Notes: generated by a model not told the origin, from the letters alone. DNA of 64,000 nucleotides from Methanomicrobia archaeon (GCA_015661395.1 JACWML010000003.1:3567-67566), one strand, 5' to 3'. Counted from the first letter of the stretch, positions 38,533 through 49,390 are shown. Program-made: numbers and translations.

Positions 38533-40749
38533 ATGCCGCAAGAGGTCCAGCTAAAAGTCGCCAAAGCCTATCCGAACGATTCTGGAAGGGGTATCGCTCG
38601 ACTCGACCCAGACACACTTCTCAAGCTTCAGCTGTCTCCTGGAGAAATCATAGAAATCGTTGGCAAGACCAGTACCGCTGCCAAAGTCTGGCGGGCCGAT
38701 CGTCAGGATTGGCACGAGGGCATCATACGGATAGATGGTTTCATTCGTCAAAACGCAGGCGTCGGGATGGGGGAGCGCGTTCTTGTGCGCAAGTCAAAGG
38801 TGAACGAAGCGCAGAAAGTTGTGCTTGCCCCTCCTGAAGGGAGCGTTGCCCAACCGCTTGCCGAGATGACGGATAGCGTGCACCGTCAGCTGCTCAAGCG
38901 CCCAATGGTTCAGGGGGACGTCGTGCCCATTATGAGTGTCGCGTCACACCCGCTCTTGCGGGTGCCGGGTCAAGCCGTGCCCCTTGTCGTCGTCAATACG
39001 AGTCCGCTCGGCGTAGTATTCATCACTGAGCGGACCCAACTTGATCTAAGGGATAAGCCCGTCAAAGGGTTTGAATCCGTGCGCGCTACGGGCATCTCGT
39101 ACGAAGATATCGGAGGCCTAAGCGACGAGATACAGCGCATACGAGAGGTGATCGAACTTCCGATGAAGCATCCCGAGGTCTTCCAAACCCTTGGCATAAC
39201 GCCACCGAGCGGCGTGCTGCTTCACGGGCCCCCTGGTACTGGCAAGACGCTCATTGCAAAAGCCGTTGCGAACGAATCGGGCGCAACGTTCTATTCGATA
39301 GCGGGACCGGAGATTATGAGCAAGTACTACGGGGAGAGCGAGCAACGACTGCGTGAAATCTTCGATGAAGCCCGCGATCGCACCCCCTCGATTGTGTTTA
39401 TCGATGAGCTTGATTCGATCGCGCCGAAGCGCGAAGACGTAACCGGAGAAGTCGAGCGACGCGTTGTCGCGCAGCTGCTTACCATAATGGATGGGCTTGA
39501 AGAGCGGGGCGAAATAATCATAGTCGGAGCGACAAACAGGGTTGAAGCGATTGATCCTGCGTTAAGGCGTCCGGGGCGGTTCGATAGGGAGATTGAAATA
39601 TCGGTGCCGGATTATAGCGGCAGACAGGAGATACTACAGATTCACACGCGGGACATGCCACTCGCCAGCGACGTCAAGCTTGAAGCGCTAGCGAGCATCA
39701 CCCACGGCTTTGTGGGAGCAGATCTTCTCTCGCTCACGAAAGAGGCGGCGATGCGTGCCTTGAGGAGATACATGCCCGACATCGACCTCGACAAGGAGAT
39801 TCCGGCAGAGACCCTCACTAAAATGAAAATCACTGACGAGGATTTCAGCGAAGCGTTTCGAGAAATACAGCCGAGTGCCCTCCGTGAAATCCTTGTCGAA
39901 ATTCCTGATACCACCTGGAGCGACGTAGGCGGGCTTGAGGAAGCTCGGCAGGAGTTGATCGAAGCGATAGAATGGCCTCTGAAAGAGCCCCGATCATTTA
40001 GAAGAATGGGCATTAAGCCGCCCCGGGGCATCTTGCTCTTCGGACCGCCAGGAACTGGCAAGACCCTCATCGTCAGAGCGGTGGCTAATGAAACTGAAGC
40101 GAACTTCATAAGCGTGCGGGGCCCAGAGCTGATGAGTAAATGGGTCGGCGAATCAGAGCGTGCAGTAAGGAGCATTTTTAAGAAGGCGCGACAAGTGGCG
40201 CCTGTTGTTGTTTTTCTCGACGAACTCGATGCGCTCGCCCCCGTGAGAGGCGTAGAAGACACGTCACGGGTCTCGGAACGAGTCGTGAACACTCTGCTGA
40301 CCGAGCTTGACGGATTGCAAGATCTAAAGGACATTGTCGTGATCGCCGCTACGAATCGGCCGGACATAGTGGATCCGGCGCTCTTACGCTCAGGACGATT
40401 CGACCGAATGATATTGCTTGGTGCGCCTCAGAAGAGTGCGCGAGTATCAATCTTGAATATCCACACGCGGACAATGCCCCTCTCCGATGACGTGGACATC
40501 GAAGAGCTTGCTGATCTTACTGAGTGGTACGTGGGCAGCGACTTAGAAACTCTCTGCAAAGAGGCGGCAATGCTCGCGTTACGAGAGGCGATGGACATAA
40601 GTTCCATTGAAATGCGGCACTTTAGAGAGGCTCTCAAAAAAGTACGGCCGGCGATTGACGAACACACGATGCAATACTATGAGCAGATAAAACAGAAATT
40701 TGCAGGGGGCCGACCTGCTGAGCCGACGACGCACATAAGCTATCAGTGA
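38533..40749 (+). CDS. cdc48: CDC48/VAT family AAA ATPase
   Basis: N-domain plus two AAA modules (GPPGTGKT twice, DELD twice). Confidence 0.96.
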   Translation: MPQEVQLKVAKAYPNDSGRGIARLDPDTLLKLQLSPGEIIEIVGKTSTAAKVWRADRQDWHEGIIRIDGFIRQNAGVGMGERVLVRKSKVNEAQKVVLAPPEGSVAQPLAEMTDSVHRQLLKRPMVQGDVVPIMSVASHPLLRVPGQAVPLVVVNTSPLGVVFITERTQLDLRDKPVKGFESVRATGISYEDIGGLSDEIQRIREVIELPMKHPEVFQTLGITPPSGVLLHGPPGTGKTLIAKAVANESGATFYSIAGPEIMSKYYGESEQRLREIFDEARDRTPSIVFIDELDSIAPKREDVTGEVERRVVAQLLTIMDGLEERGEIIIVGATNRVEAIDPALRRPGRFDREIEISVPDYSGRQEILQIHTRDMPLASDVKLEALASITHGFVGADLLSLTKEAAMRALRRYMPDIDLDKEIPAETLTKMKITDEDFSEAFREIQPSALREILVEIPDTTWSDVGGLEEARQELIEAIEWPLKEPRSFRRMGIKPPRGILLFGPPGTGKTLIVRAVANETEANFISVRGPELMSKWVGESERAVRSIFKKARQVAPVVVFLDELDALAPVRGVEDTSRVSERVVNTLLTELDGLQDLKDIVVIAATNRPDIVDPALLRSGRFDRMILLGAPQKSARVSILNIHTRTMPLSDDVDIEELADLTEWYVGSDLETLCKEAAMLALREAMDISSIEMRHFREALKKVRPAIDEHTMQYYEQIKQKFAGGRPAEPTTHISYQ

Positions 40750-40796
40750 GCGTGTTACGAGAAACCCTTTATATGATAACTACATAGCAAGCAAAG

Positions 40797-41057
40797 ATGA
40801 AAAAGGAGATATTCGCTAAGAATCTGTCTAATAAGCAAGTAATGGGGAGCGATGGCACAGACATCGGCACGCTTTATGACCTCATTATAGATGGGAGCAC
40901 AGGCGATATCCTTGATCTAAAAGTGAAGCCCGATCCCGACCTGAATCTGCAGGAGTTTAGGACAGAAAACGACTTTATATTTCTGCCATTTGACGCCGTC
41001 AGGGCGATAAAGGACTACATCGTCGTCGACAGAAAGTTAATCAAACAGCCGCAGTGA
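40797..41057 (+). CDS. PRC-barrel protein (CdpB-like cell division candidate)
   Basis: LSNKQVMGSDGTDIGTLYDLIID...VRAIKDYIVV. Confidence 0.8.
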   Translation: MKKEIFAKNLSNKQVMGSDGTDIGTLYDLIIDGSTGDILDLKVKPDPDLNLQEFRTENDFIFLPFDAVRAIKDYIVVDRKLIKQPQ

Positions 41058-41403
41058 TCACAAGAAATGCTGCAGCGCCCGTTTGAGACGAGTGTCGTAG
41101 ATTGTGCTGAAGATTGTCGCTTTGGCTCATGGTTTTTGTCATGATTGACTCAGATCGCTGATGTGCAGTGACGTTACCGACTCGGCAGGATGCGACTAGA
41201 TGAAAAGAGCACTGTATTCGGTATCTCATGCGCCACTCTGTTTTTTTTGGTTGCGGCTGCTGGATACACGGTACATCTCAAATCTTCTAATCAAACAGTC
41301 GAGCAGCATTGTCCTCTGTCGTTCGCGAACGAGACTGCAAATAGCGTTTAAGGTTTCTGACTTAGTAAAGAGACCGCAAAAATAGCCAGAGCAGGGGAAT
41401 GAA

Positions 41404-42238
41404 ATGCAAGTCGACGATTTAATGAGTGGGCCTGTATACACAGTTTCACCTGATGATACTGTCAGTCACGTGAAAAACGTGATGCTTAAGCACAAAGTAG
41501 GCAGGGTAGTAGTTGCGTATGAGGGGGCTCTTGTTGGCGTTATCGCCAAATACGACCTCGCGAAGATGCTAGAGTCGTCAGAGGCGGGTTGGCGAAGGAG
41601 ACATCAAGATCGTGCTCTAGCCAAGACCATAATGTCTGAGAATCCGCTCACTGCTTCGCCTGAGACGTCACTCGTGAATGCGGCTCAAGAGATGATAGCA
41701 AACGGGATCGGCTGCCTCCCGGTAGTAAAAGACGGCGAACTAGTTGGCATCCTCACTGAGACTGATTTGGTAACATATTTTGCAACCACAGACTCGAGAG
41801 TGCAGGTCAAGACTATAATGACCGATTCATTTCTCACGTGCCACCGTCACCACTCTATCAACCACGTGTTGCGTGACATGGAAACCAACTACGTTTTTCG
41901 GACGATCGTTCAGGAAGGGAACGGTTTTCCTGTTGGCATAATTACACACACCAATCTGACTTTTGCCAAAGAGCCGTTTGTGAGTTCAAAAGACATCGTG
42001 ATGGTGCGAAAGGCCGAACACGCAGGCGTGCAAAAAAAATCGATACGTGCGAAAAGTGCTCCAAGTTGCAGAAGACATCATGTCTGAGCCGCTCATAACC
42101 ATCGGCAGTGATTCAAGAGCAGTGGCCGCCGCGCGATTGATGGTTGCGAAACGTGTAGATGCGCTTCCTGTCGTCAGAGAAGAGTCGGTCGTGGGCGTTA
42201 TAGCCAAAACCGATATCGTTCAGAGGATGGTAAAATAA
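41404..42238 (+). CDS. Four-CBS-domain protein, split by an extra A in an A8 run (42032-42039)
   Basis: ORFs 41404-42087 and 42047-42238 join into QKNRYVRKVLQVAEDIM if one A is removed. Confidence 0.8.
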
Positions 42239-42279
42239 GGTGGCTGCCTGTTTGGTTTGATGAACGACGGGAGTAACTA

Positions 42280-43068
42280 ATGCGATTCGACAACAACGTC
42301 GCAATCACAGCATCAGATCTAGCTGCGCGGGCGTACGCCATCGATAAAACTGATCGAATATCCCACGCCCTCGATCTCATGGAAAAACACAAAGTCAATC
42401 AACTGCTCGTCACAAACGAAGGGGAGATCGTCGGCGTTTTAACGAAAAAAGGGATTGCACGCACACTGGGGGCGAGTGGCGACGTTATTAAGCCCGCTTC
42501 ATCACTTCACGTGACCAAGGCAGTAGATGAAACTTTCACCACCGTAAGCGGCGCACTGACTACCGGCGAGATCAACCTCTTGATGAAATCTTCCGAGGTA
42601 TTGGTCGTCGTCTGTGAGCAATCTACAAGGTGGATAACGTTTAACGAGATCGTCAAAGCCAGCAGACCAGTCGGATCTGCAGGTGAAATCATGGATCCGC
42701 CCGTAACGTGTTCGTCGTTTGACCGAGTAACCCACGTAACGCGAAGGATGATCGACGAAGATGCGTGGTGGATGGCGGTCGTTGAGGACAGTAAGCTCGT
42801 TGGCATTATAACAGAGAATGACATCGCGAAGGCAATGAGCCAATTTAGAGATGTAGTGAAGTCTCACTATCAAGATTCACGGGTGAGGAGACTCGTCGTC
42901 GATGATATTATGGTCACTGACGTCGCATTTGTGAGAACTAGTACCCCGTGCGGTGAAGCGGTAGATCTAATGCTGAAACACGACGTGGAGGGTGTGCCTG
43001 TCTTTGATCAAATGGATGCGATGGTCGGCATGATTACTCAAAATACTATACTTCGCAAGCTTGAATGA
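42280..43068 (+). CDS. CBS-domain protein
   Basis: Repeated CBS motifs (LVGIITENDI, GVPV..MVGMIT). Confidence 0.88.
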   Translation: MRFDNNVAITASDLAARAYAIDKTDRISHALDLMEKHKVNQLLVTNEGEIVGVLTKKGIARTLGASGDVIKPASSLHVTKAVDETFTTVSGALTTGEINLLMKSSEVLVVVCEQSTRWITFNEIVKASRPVGSAGEIMDPPVTCSSFDRVTHVTRRMIDEDAWWMAVVEDSKLVGIITENDIAKAMSQFRDVVKSHYQDSRVRRLVVDDIMVTDVAFVRTSTPCGEAVDLMLKHDVEGVPVFDQMDAMVGMITQNTILRKLE

Positions 43069-43122
43069 TGCGAGATCAGCAACAGCCCTGCAGGCTGTCC
43101 CGCTTAACAAAGGCGCTGTCTG

Positions 43123-44181
43123 CTACCTCGGCGTGATGCCACCCGTACAGTCGATTACTGCTGGGCCTCCGACCTCGCCACTGATCTTGAACCGACAGCC
43201 GGCCAACATCTCAGTCACCTCTACCGCAGTAACGGTGTGAAGCGTCAGCTCGCTTATTGCAATTCTGGAATGTTCCTCTGCTAGCGCCAGCCAGATAACC
43301 AACTGGTCGCCCAGATGCACATCGAACGGTGCCCATTTCGACAATTGCATTAGAAGCCGCGCTGCCGCCTCTCGTCCAACGAGCTCAGCAGGCTTACCTC
43401 GCGCGCCTAAAGCATCCCCTGCTAATCTACCTCCAGTTGACGTGTCCGCCCAGAGCACGATGCCGCTTCCAGTAGATGCGTTTTTTTCTCTCTGGTCAGA
43501 ATCTCGCTCGATGCTTACATTTGGATAGCCCGCGCGCGTGCAGCTTTGTGTTGCTGCTTTCGCTTGGCGTTCTGCGACGTGAGCTGGGAGATTGCGCGAG
43601 TGTGATATCCCTCTGATATCTCGTAGAGATCCCATGCTGATGACATTAATAGCAGTTAGTCTTTCTACCGGCGTCACGACGACCTTTATGACCCCCCCGC
43701 CGCGAGGATAGAACCCCCTCTTCACGAGGCGTAATTCGTAGAGAAATCCCATGCTAGCTAGTACAGGATTTAAGACATTGATCACGTAGTCGACTTGCGG
43801 TGCCAAGGGATTGTTTGTGCCACCGATAAGGGTAACAGATGAAGGTTGATCGGCGAAAGCGAGCACGGGCAGAAGTGCTTGCAGTATGAGCGTAGTACTG
43901 CCGGCCGTTTTCGCATCAAAGCTATAAATCCCGCCGCGCCTCCGTCCTGGAACGAAAGTTACTTCAGACGAGCCAAGCCTGAGCCCGCCCACCTTCGCGT
44001 TTGCGACCTCCGCTAAGGCTCGCATCGCCGTTAAATGTTGAGGTCGCAGTCCAGGGTTTGCCCGGTTGACCCTCACGTTCTTGATTGCAACGGACTCGCC
44101 CGCCAAGGCTGAAAGCGCCAAGCAAACGCGCAGCACTTGCCCACCCCCCTCGCCCACGCCGCCGTCAATTTTGATCATCAA
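43123..44181 (-). CDS. rtcA: RNA 3'-terminal phosphate cyclase
   Basis: GEGGGQVLR, PGLRPQHL, RGFYPRGGG, HLGDQL. Confidence 0.95.
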   Translation of the reverse strand: MMIKIDGGVGEGGGQVLRVCLALSALAGESVAIKNVRVNRANPGLRPQHLTAMRALAEVANAKVGGLRLGSSEVTFVPGRRRGGIYSFDAKTAGSTTLILQALLPVLAFADQPSSVTLIGGTNNPLAPQVDYVINVLNPVLASMGFLYELRLVKRGFYPRGGGVIKVVVTPVERLTAINVISMGSLRDIRGISHSRNLPAHVAERQAKAATQSCTRAGYPNVSIERDSDQREKNASTGSGIVLWADTSTGGRLAGDALGARGKPAELVGREAAARLLMQLSKWAPFDVHLGDQLVIWLALAEEHSRIAISELTLHTVTAVEVTEMLAGCRFKISGEVGGPAVIDCTGGITPR

Positions 44182-44413
44182 TATTTACGTAAGCTGAAAA
44201 TATGAAAAACTGCTGGTGATTTGCAACTCGCGGAACGTGAATCTCAAATCGATCAGCATCGACTCAACAAATCGCTGGCGGTGGGTGCAGATTGCAGCGG
44301 GAGTTGTCGTGTAGTAAGCCGCCAAGCAAGTATTATTTAGTACTTGGTCCTTCTACTACTACCCGAGTTTTGACTGCAGCGCGTATAGCAGTCGATTGTT
44401 GTGGGGGCACAGC

Positions 44414-44575
44414 ATGGGACGACAGGACACGACTACAGTTTGTAAACTTTGTCAGCGCAGCTTCGAAAAGTCAGAAGTAGGTCGAATCAAAATCCTAAGA
44501 CGCGAAAAAAAAGGAGAAAGCGCTCTCTGGATCTGCTCTCACTGTGCAGGGCGAATTAAGTTCGTAGAGCACTGA
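44414..44575 (+). CDS. Small (53 aa) CxxC...CxxC zinc-finger protein
   Basis: MGRQDTTTVCKLCQRSFEKSEVGRIKILRREKKGESALWICSHCAGRIKFVEH, preceded by a GGGGG RBS-like run. Below the ORF-track size cutoff. Confidence 0.6.
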   Translation: MGRQDTTTVCKLCQRSFEKSEVGRIKILRREKKGESALWICSHCAGRIKFVEH

Positions 44576-44812
44576 GGCGCTGAGTGTCCTCCGGCGCAAG
44601 TCAAGGCAAGCTAGTCTTATGCACGTCTGCCGTGAGCAGGTGGAGGGACCGGGTCTGCGTTTTTTTGTCCCCACGCATGGCGACCTAAATCAGTTTTTGG
44701 CCGACCTGTCTAAGCTCTTCGGACAGCGTAACGAGGGCGCTAGCGTGCTCTCTGATGGCATTAATGAGCTCAGCTCGGTTGGCTGCGATCAATATGTATT
44801 TATGTCCTTGTT

Positions 44813-45583
44813 GTGTTCTATGAGCATGTGAGGGTTGTTTCACTCACAGGTGAAGAAAAACAGCGTGAGCGGTTCCTCGCTGAACTTGCTCGTCGCTACA
44901 AGGTGGCGTCGCTCCGCGAGGAACACAAGGCTAAGCCGGCGTCATTCACGAGAAAAGACGCAAGCGACCTGCTTTCGATACAGTCACCCACGAGATACGT
45001 TCTGACGCAGCGCGCTATTGATGCAAATGAGATCGCACGAGAGCTCGATCAGTTAGCGGAACGAGAAGACCTTGATTTTGCTATTGTTGTCGGCAGCGCT
45101 CTTGCATCAAGAATTGCATCCTTTTACGAGGTTTACGAGGCGCGGTTAGAGCCTTCTGTGAACTTCGAACAACAGTTCGAGTCGCTTGCGACTGCACCGG
45201 AATGGATAACGCTCGGTGCACTCGTAAGAGCCGTGCGCGCACATCCTGATATTCACAAAGCAGGAGCGATACTCACGTTCACCGGAGTTGTCCGCGGAGA
45301 GGCTTTAGCCCTTGAATTTGACATCTACGAAGGAGAAGCCCAGCAGCGAATTTCTTCAATCGCGCGCGATTTGACGGCAATAGAGGGCATAGTCGATGCA
45401 AAGATATACCACAAATCAGGCCGTGTCAATAGAGGCGAAGACATCGTGTACATCGTCGTTGCGGCGGCACATCGACAAGAGGGCTTTAAGGCACTAAGGG
45501 ATGCAATAGAACGCATCAAGAAAGAAGTTCCCATTTGGAAAAAGGAACTTACTGAACGGGGTGACAAATGGGTAGGAATATGA
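44813..45583 (+). CDS. moaE: Molybdopterin synthase catalytic subunit with a degenerate MobB-like N-terminal domain
   Basis: GAILTFTGVVR, AAHRQEGF, IKKEVPIWKKE. Confidence 0.88.
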   Translation: MFYEHVRVVSLTGEEKQRERFLAELARRYKVASLREEHKAKPASFTRKDASDLLSIQSPTRYVLTQRAIDANEIARELDQLAEREDLDFAIVVGSALASRIASFYEVYEARLEPSVNFEQQFESLATAPEWITLGALVRAVRAHPDIHKAGAILTFTGVVRGEALALEFDIYEGEAQQRISSIARDLTAIEGIVDAKIYHKSGRVNRGEDIVYIVVAAAHRQEGFKALRDAIERIKKEVPIWKKELTERGDKWVGI

Positions 45584-45626
45584 GTGCGGCACTTATTCTT
45601 TCTACAGGACGTCGAGGGGTCTCATC

Positions 45627-46949
45627 ATGAGGCTTTTTGGAACGAACGGTGTGCGGGGGATAGTAAACCATGATGTTACTGCAGAGCTCGCCCTGCGGCT
45701 GGCGATGAGCTTAGGAACACTTACGAGGGGCACTGTGGCGGTCGGACAGGATACGCGCGTGTCCGGTAGTATGCTCAGTCACGCGGCCATCGCGGGACTG
45801 CTCGCAACGGGTTGCAAGGTCATAAATCTCGGCATAGCGCCGACTCCTGCGGTGCAGTACTTCGTGCGCGACAACGCCGACGCGGGAATCGTGATCACCG
45901 CATCGCACAATCCGCGCGAATATAATGGGCTAAAACTGATCGCAGGAGATGGAACGGAATTCGCAAGTGAAGGAGAACTTGCTGTTGAAGACGTATATTT
46001 CAAAGGTGGTCTGAGGCTTGCTGACTGGCGCGAGACCGGTGAACTTTCGGACACTAACGTGATACCCGCTTACATGAAGGGTATTATGGGAAAGGTGAAC
46101 GCCCCGGACATTAAAAAGCGCGGGTTCGTTGTGGCCGTCGATACCGGCTCTGGGGCGGGTAGCATTGTTACGCCCTTCTTGCTGAGCAAGCTCAACTGCA
46201 AAGTCACCACGATTAATGCGCAGATCGACGGCACCTTCCCGAGTAGAAATCCAGAACCGACAGAGGACGTGCTCACCGATCTTGGAAAGATCGTCATGTC
46301 GAACGGCGCCGATTTGGGCGTTGCACACGACGGAGATGCCGATAGAGCGGTTTTTATCGACGAGAAAGGAAATTTCGTCAATGAAGACGTACTACTTGCA
46401 ATTATCGTCAAGCACGTTCTCTCTAAGAAAGTAGGTCCCGTCGTCACACCCGTCAGCTCATCGCAGCGGATAGCGGACGTGGCTGAAGCAGCCGGCGCTC
46501 ACGTCATATGGACTCCTGTGGGGAGCATCTACGTCGCGAGGATGATGATGCAAGTGAATGCTGTGATAGGGGGAGAAGGCAACGGAGGTATCATCTTCCC
46601 TGAACATCAATACTGTCGAGATGGGGCGATGACGGTAGCGAAGGTACTTGAGATAATGACCGAGCGTCGCAAGAAAATCTCTGAGCTCGTCAAAGAAATT
46701 CCCAAACGATATATGGACAAGACGAAAGTCACCTGTCGCGATCGGGATGCAACAATGCAACAAATTCGTTCATCTGTCGAAGGAAACATCGACACAACCG
46801 ATGGCGTAAAGATTTGGTATGACGACGGTTGGCTACTGATACGCCCCTCTGGGACTGAGCCAATCATCCGAATTTTTGTCGAAGCTGAAACGAAGCGAAG
46901 AGCCAGAGACCTCCTAGAAGCGGGTAAGCAACTGACCAAAGGCTGCTGA
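45627..46949 (+). CDS. glmM: Phosphoglucosamine mutase / phosphomannomutase
   Basis: LFGTNGVRG, ITASHNP, DGDADR, GEGNGG, RPSGTEP. Confidence 0.92.
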   Translation: MRLFGTNGVRGIVNHDVTAELALRLAMSLGTLTRGTVAVGQDTRVSGSMLSHAAIAGLLATGCKVINLGIAPTPAVQYFVRDNADAGIVITASHNPREYNGLKLIAGDGTEFASEGELAVEDVYFKGGLRLADWRETGELSDTNVIPAYMKGIMGKVNAPDIKKRGFVVAVDTGSGAGSIVTPFLLSKLNCKVTTINAQIDGTFPSRNPEPTEDVLTDLGKIVMSNGADLGVAHDGDADRAVFIDEKGNFVNEDVLLAIIVKHVLSKKVGPVVTPVSSSQRIADVAEAAGAHVIWTPVGSIYVARMMMQVNAVIGGEGNGGIIFPEHQYCRDGAMTVAKVLEIMTERRKKISELVKEIPKRYMDKTKVTCRDRDATMQQIRSSVEGNIDTTDGVKIWYDDGWLLIRPSGTEPIIRIFVEAETKRRARDLLEAGKQLTKGC

Positions 46950-46989
46950 TGTTAGAGCACATAAATCGAATTATCTGGTCCGGTGAGAC

Positions 46990-47937
46990 ATGAGCGTGGA
47001 GGAGGTTTTGATTCTTGATGCGGAGGCCGAAGCACACGAACGTAGTATAGAGTTGTTTGTGACGGGTTGCAGTGGGTTTATCGGTACCCACTTGGTCGGT
47101 CGTCTCTTAAGTAACGGACACATCGTCACTGGCTACGATTTAGTCCAGCCGCAGTACGCTCACCCAAATTTTGAGTTTATAGAAGGGGATATCCTCGATT
47201 TGGAGAGACTCCAGGCAAGTATCGTCAAACCTGACGGCATCTTTCATCTCGCAGCGCAAACTAAGGTGCCTGATTCGACGCGAGATCCGGCTTACGACTT
47301 CTGCGTCAACGCGCAAGGCACGTTCAACGTCTTGTCTTGCGCCTCGGACGCTCGGTTCATTTATGCCTCGACGAGTACAGTCTACGGAACCGCTTCCGTC
47401 CCGACCACAGAAGCTCATCCTCTACGTCCTGTATCCTTTTACGGCGCTTCCAAAGCTGCTGGCGAGCTTTGTTGTTCTGCATTTAACGGCATTTTGGGAC
47501 TGCCTACGATCTCTCTTCGTCTTTATAATGTCTATGGACCAGGGAATGCCAAAGGCGTCATGTACGACCTCATAAGGAAGCTGCAGAGGGATGGTACCAC
47601 CCTTGAAATCCTCGGCACAGGACTCCAGAAGAAAGATTACGTGTATATAGATGACGCGATTGACGCCTTCGTACTTGCATATGATAAAGGTATCCCGGGC
47701 GAGGCGTACAACATAGGCAGCGGGAGCGCCACCACTGTCAACGAGATTGCCGTACTAATCTGCGAGTTGATGGCCCTGCGTCCCGACGTCTATCGCACTG
47801 GCGGCAAGTCTTGGGAAGGCGACATTGAGTCAACGCAGGCTGACGTATCGCTTTTTGCCTCGTTTGGCTGGGAGCCTAAAATCGATATAAAAACGGGCTT
47901 ACAGCACCTTTATAAGTGGATTCAGGATCAACAGTGA
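46990..47937 (+). CDS. NAD-dependent nucleotide-sugar epimerase/dehydratase (GalE-like)
   Basis: TGCSGFIG, ASTSTVYG, YGASK. Confidence 0.9.
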   Translation: MSVEEVLILDAEAEAHERSIELFVTGCSGFIGTHLVGRLLSNGHIVTGYDLVQPQYAHPNFEFIEGDILDLERLQASIVKPDGIFHLAAQTKVPDSTRDPAYDFCVNAQGTFNVLSCASDARFIYASTSTVYGTASVPTTEAHPLRPVSFYGASKAAGELCCSAFNGILGLPTISLRLYNVYGPGNAKGVMYDLIRKLQRDGTTLEILGTGLQKKDYVYIDDAIDAFVLAYDKGIPGEAYNIGSGSATTVNEIAVLICELMALRPDVYRTGGKSWEGDIESTQADVSLFASFGWEPKIDIKTGLQHLYKWIQDQQ

Positions 47938-47994
47938 CGAGCACCACGCACATAGCTTTGGCGCCGCAATCTGTGCTCGCACAGCTCTAGGGTG

Positions 47995-48037
47995 AAAAGA
48001 AATAAAGGGGCGAGTCCAGTCGAGTGCTACACCCGCC
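47995..48037 (-). terminator. Hairpin plus U-tract terminator, conserved downstream of each PGF-CTERM gene
   Basis: GGCGGGTGTAG-loop-CTGGACTCGCC followed by CCTTTATTTCTTTT; related copies at 48901-48942 and 49450-49497. Confidence 0.7.
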
Positions 48038-48057
48038 TACATATACAGCTTAGAAGC

Positions 48058-48702
48058 TTACTTCCTGCGCCGCATCACTAAATACGCAACAGCCAACAAC
48101 CCGGCTACCGCGTACACCGCCTCAAAGCCCGGCAAGCCAAGGAATCCTCCGCTCGCTGTTGGTGACGCCGTCGTTGTTACTGACGGTGGTACTAATACGC
48201 TGTCGATGATGTGAATTACGCCGTTTGTCGCATTAATATCCGCTTTGGTTACCGTCGCGTTGCCAACCATTATTGTTGTGCCACTGACGGAGTAGGGTAG
48301 GGACAAACCGTTGACCGTTGTGAGTGTGCCACTACCGGTGAAGTTGTTCGCGAGCAGCTTCGCGGGGATGACGTGATAAAGCAACAAGGTCGTTAGCGCC
48401 GTTGAGTTATTTTGCAAATTCGCGAGAGTGGATGCGTTAACCTTGGCAAAAGCAGCGTTGTCGGGTGCGAAGAGTGTGTAGTTACCCGGGCCGCTCAACA
48501 CATCGGTAAGATTTGTCTTCTTCAGTAGGCTTACAAGCGTTGTTAAGTTAGTGTTGTTCTCTGTAATTTGTGCTATAGTCTGGGTAGGTTTTGCCGCCGC
48601 ATTCGTGGTCTGCGTTTGCGCAAAAGCAACACTCGACCCTCCAACGATTGAAAGGATCACTGCGGTTGCCACCATAGCAGAAAAGAGCTTCTTACTGACC
48701 AT
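48058..48702 (-). CDS. Fasciclin (FAS1) domain surface protein with PGF-CTERM anchor
   Basis: Signal peptide, YTLFAPDNAAF, LLYHVI, NGVIHIIDSVL, LPGFE-TM-RRRK. Confidence 0.92.
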   Translation of the reverse strand: MVSKKLFSAMVATAVILSIVGGSSVAFAQTQTTNAAAKPTQTIAQITENNTNLTTLVSLLKKTNLTDVLSGPGNYTLFAPDNAAFAKVNASTLANLQNNSTALTTLLLYHVIPAKLLANNFTGSGTLTTVNGLSLPYSVSGTTIMVGNATVTKADINATNGVIHIIDSVLVPPSVTTTASPTASGGFLGLPGFEAVYAVAGLLAVAYLVMRRRK

Positions 48703-48777
48703 TTTTCACCTCTAAATTGACTTAGGCTTTCTTTGACGTATGACTTCACATAGGCAATAAACTTTGCTTTTTCTCCA

Positions 48778-48880
48778 CTAGCTACGCCGCATCACCAAAT
48801 ACGCAACAACCAACAGCCCTGCTACCGCGGACAGCGCCTCAAAGCTTGGGAGCTGAGGAACCCTCCCGTGGTCGGCACTG
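48778..48880 (-). pseudogene. Orphan PGF-CTERM anchor remnant
   Basis: SVPTTGGFL, frameshift, LPSFEALSAVAGLLVVAYLVMRRS*; no upstream gene body. Confidence 0.75.
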
Positions 48881-48962
48881 AGCAGTCTCTCGAATAAGGG
48901 AAGAAAAAAATAAAGGCGAGTCCAGCAAAGAGCTAGACTCACGACGGACTGTGCCTAGAGCG

Positions 48963-49262
48963 TTACTTCCTACGCAGCATCACCAAATACGCAACAGCCA
49001 ACAGCCCTACTACCGCGGGGAAGATCTCAAAGCCCGGCAAGCCAAGGAATCCTCCGCTCGCTGTTGCTGACGCCGCCGCCGCTGTCGTCGTTGTAGTCGC
49101 GTTCGCCGTCGCCGTTTTAGTCGCGTTCGCCGTCGCCGTTTTAGTCGCGTTCGCCGTCGCCGTGCTCGTCTGCGTTTGCGCGAAAGCTATACTCGACGCT
49201 CCGACAATAGAGAGAATCATTGCGGTTGCCACTATAGCAGAAAAAAGCTTCTTACTGACCAT
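48963..49262 (-). CDS. Minimal Thr/Ala-rich PGF-CTERM surface protein
   Basis: Same signal peptide as its neighbours, three 24-bp repeats (TATANATK) at ~49094-49163, and a PGF-CTERM tail. Confidence 0.85.
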   Translation of the reverse strand: MVSKKLFSAIVATAMILSIVGASSIAFAQTQTSTATANATKTATANATKTATANATTTTTAAAASATASGGFLGLPGFEIFPAVVGLLAVAYLVMLRRK

Positions 49263-49338
49263 TTTTCACCTCCAATATAAACCTAGCTTACGTAGACTCA
49301 TGATTTCACATGCGCAATAAACTTTGCTTCTCGCGTTT

Positions 49339-49390
49339 CTAGGCGCAACTTAGGTATGCTACAGCAAACAGCCGTGCTATCGCGCACAAC
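49339..49390 (-). pseudogene. Highly decayed PGF-CTERM transmembrane remnant
   Basis: LCAIARLFAVAYLSCA* aligns with AVAGLLAVAYL and sits at the same position relative to the next promoter as the 48778 remnant. Confidence 0.45.

Noticed and set aside
44619-44831. 70-aa ORF upstream of moaE
   Set aside because: No motif or clear RBS, and it overlaps the likely moaE promoter.
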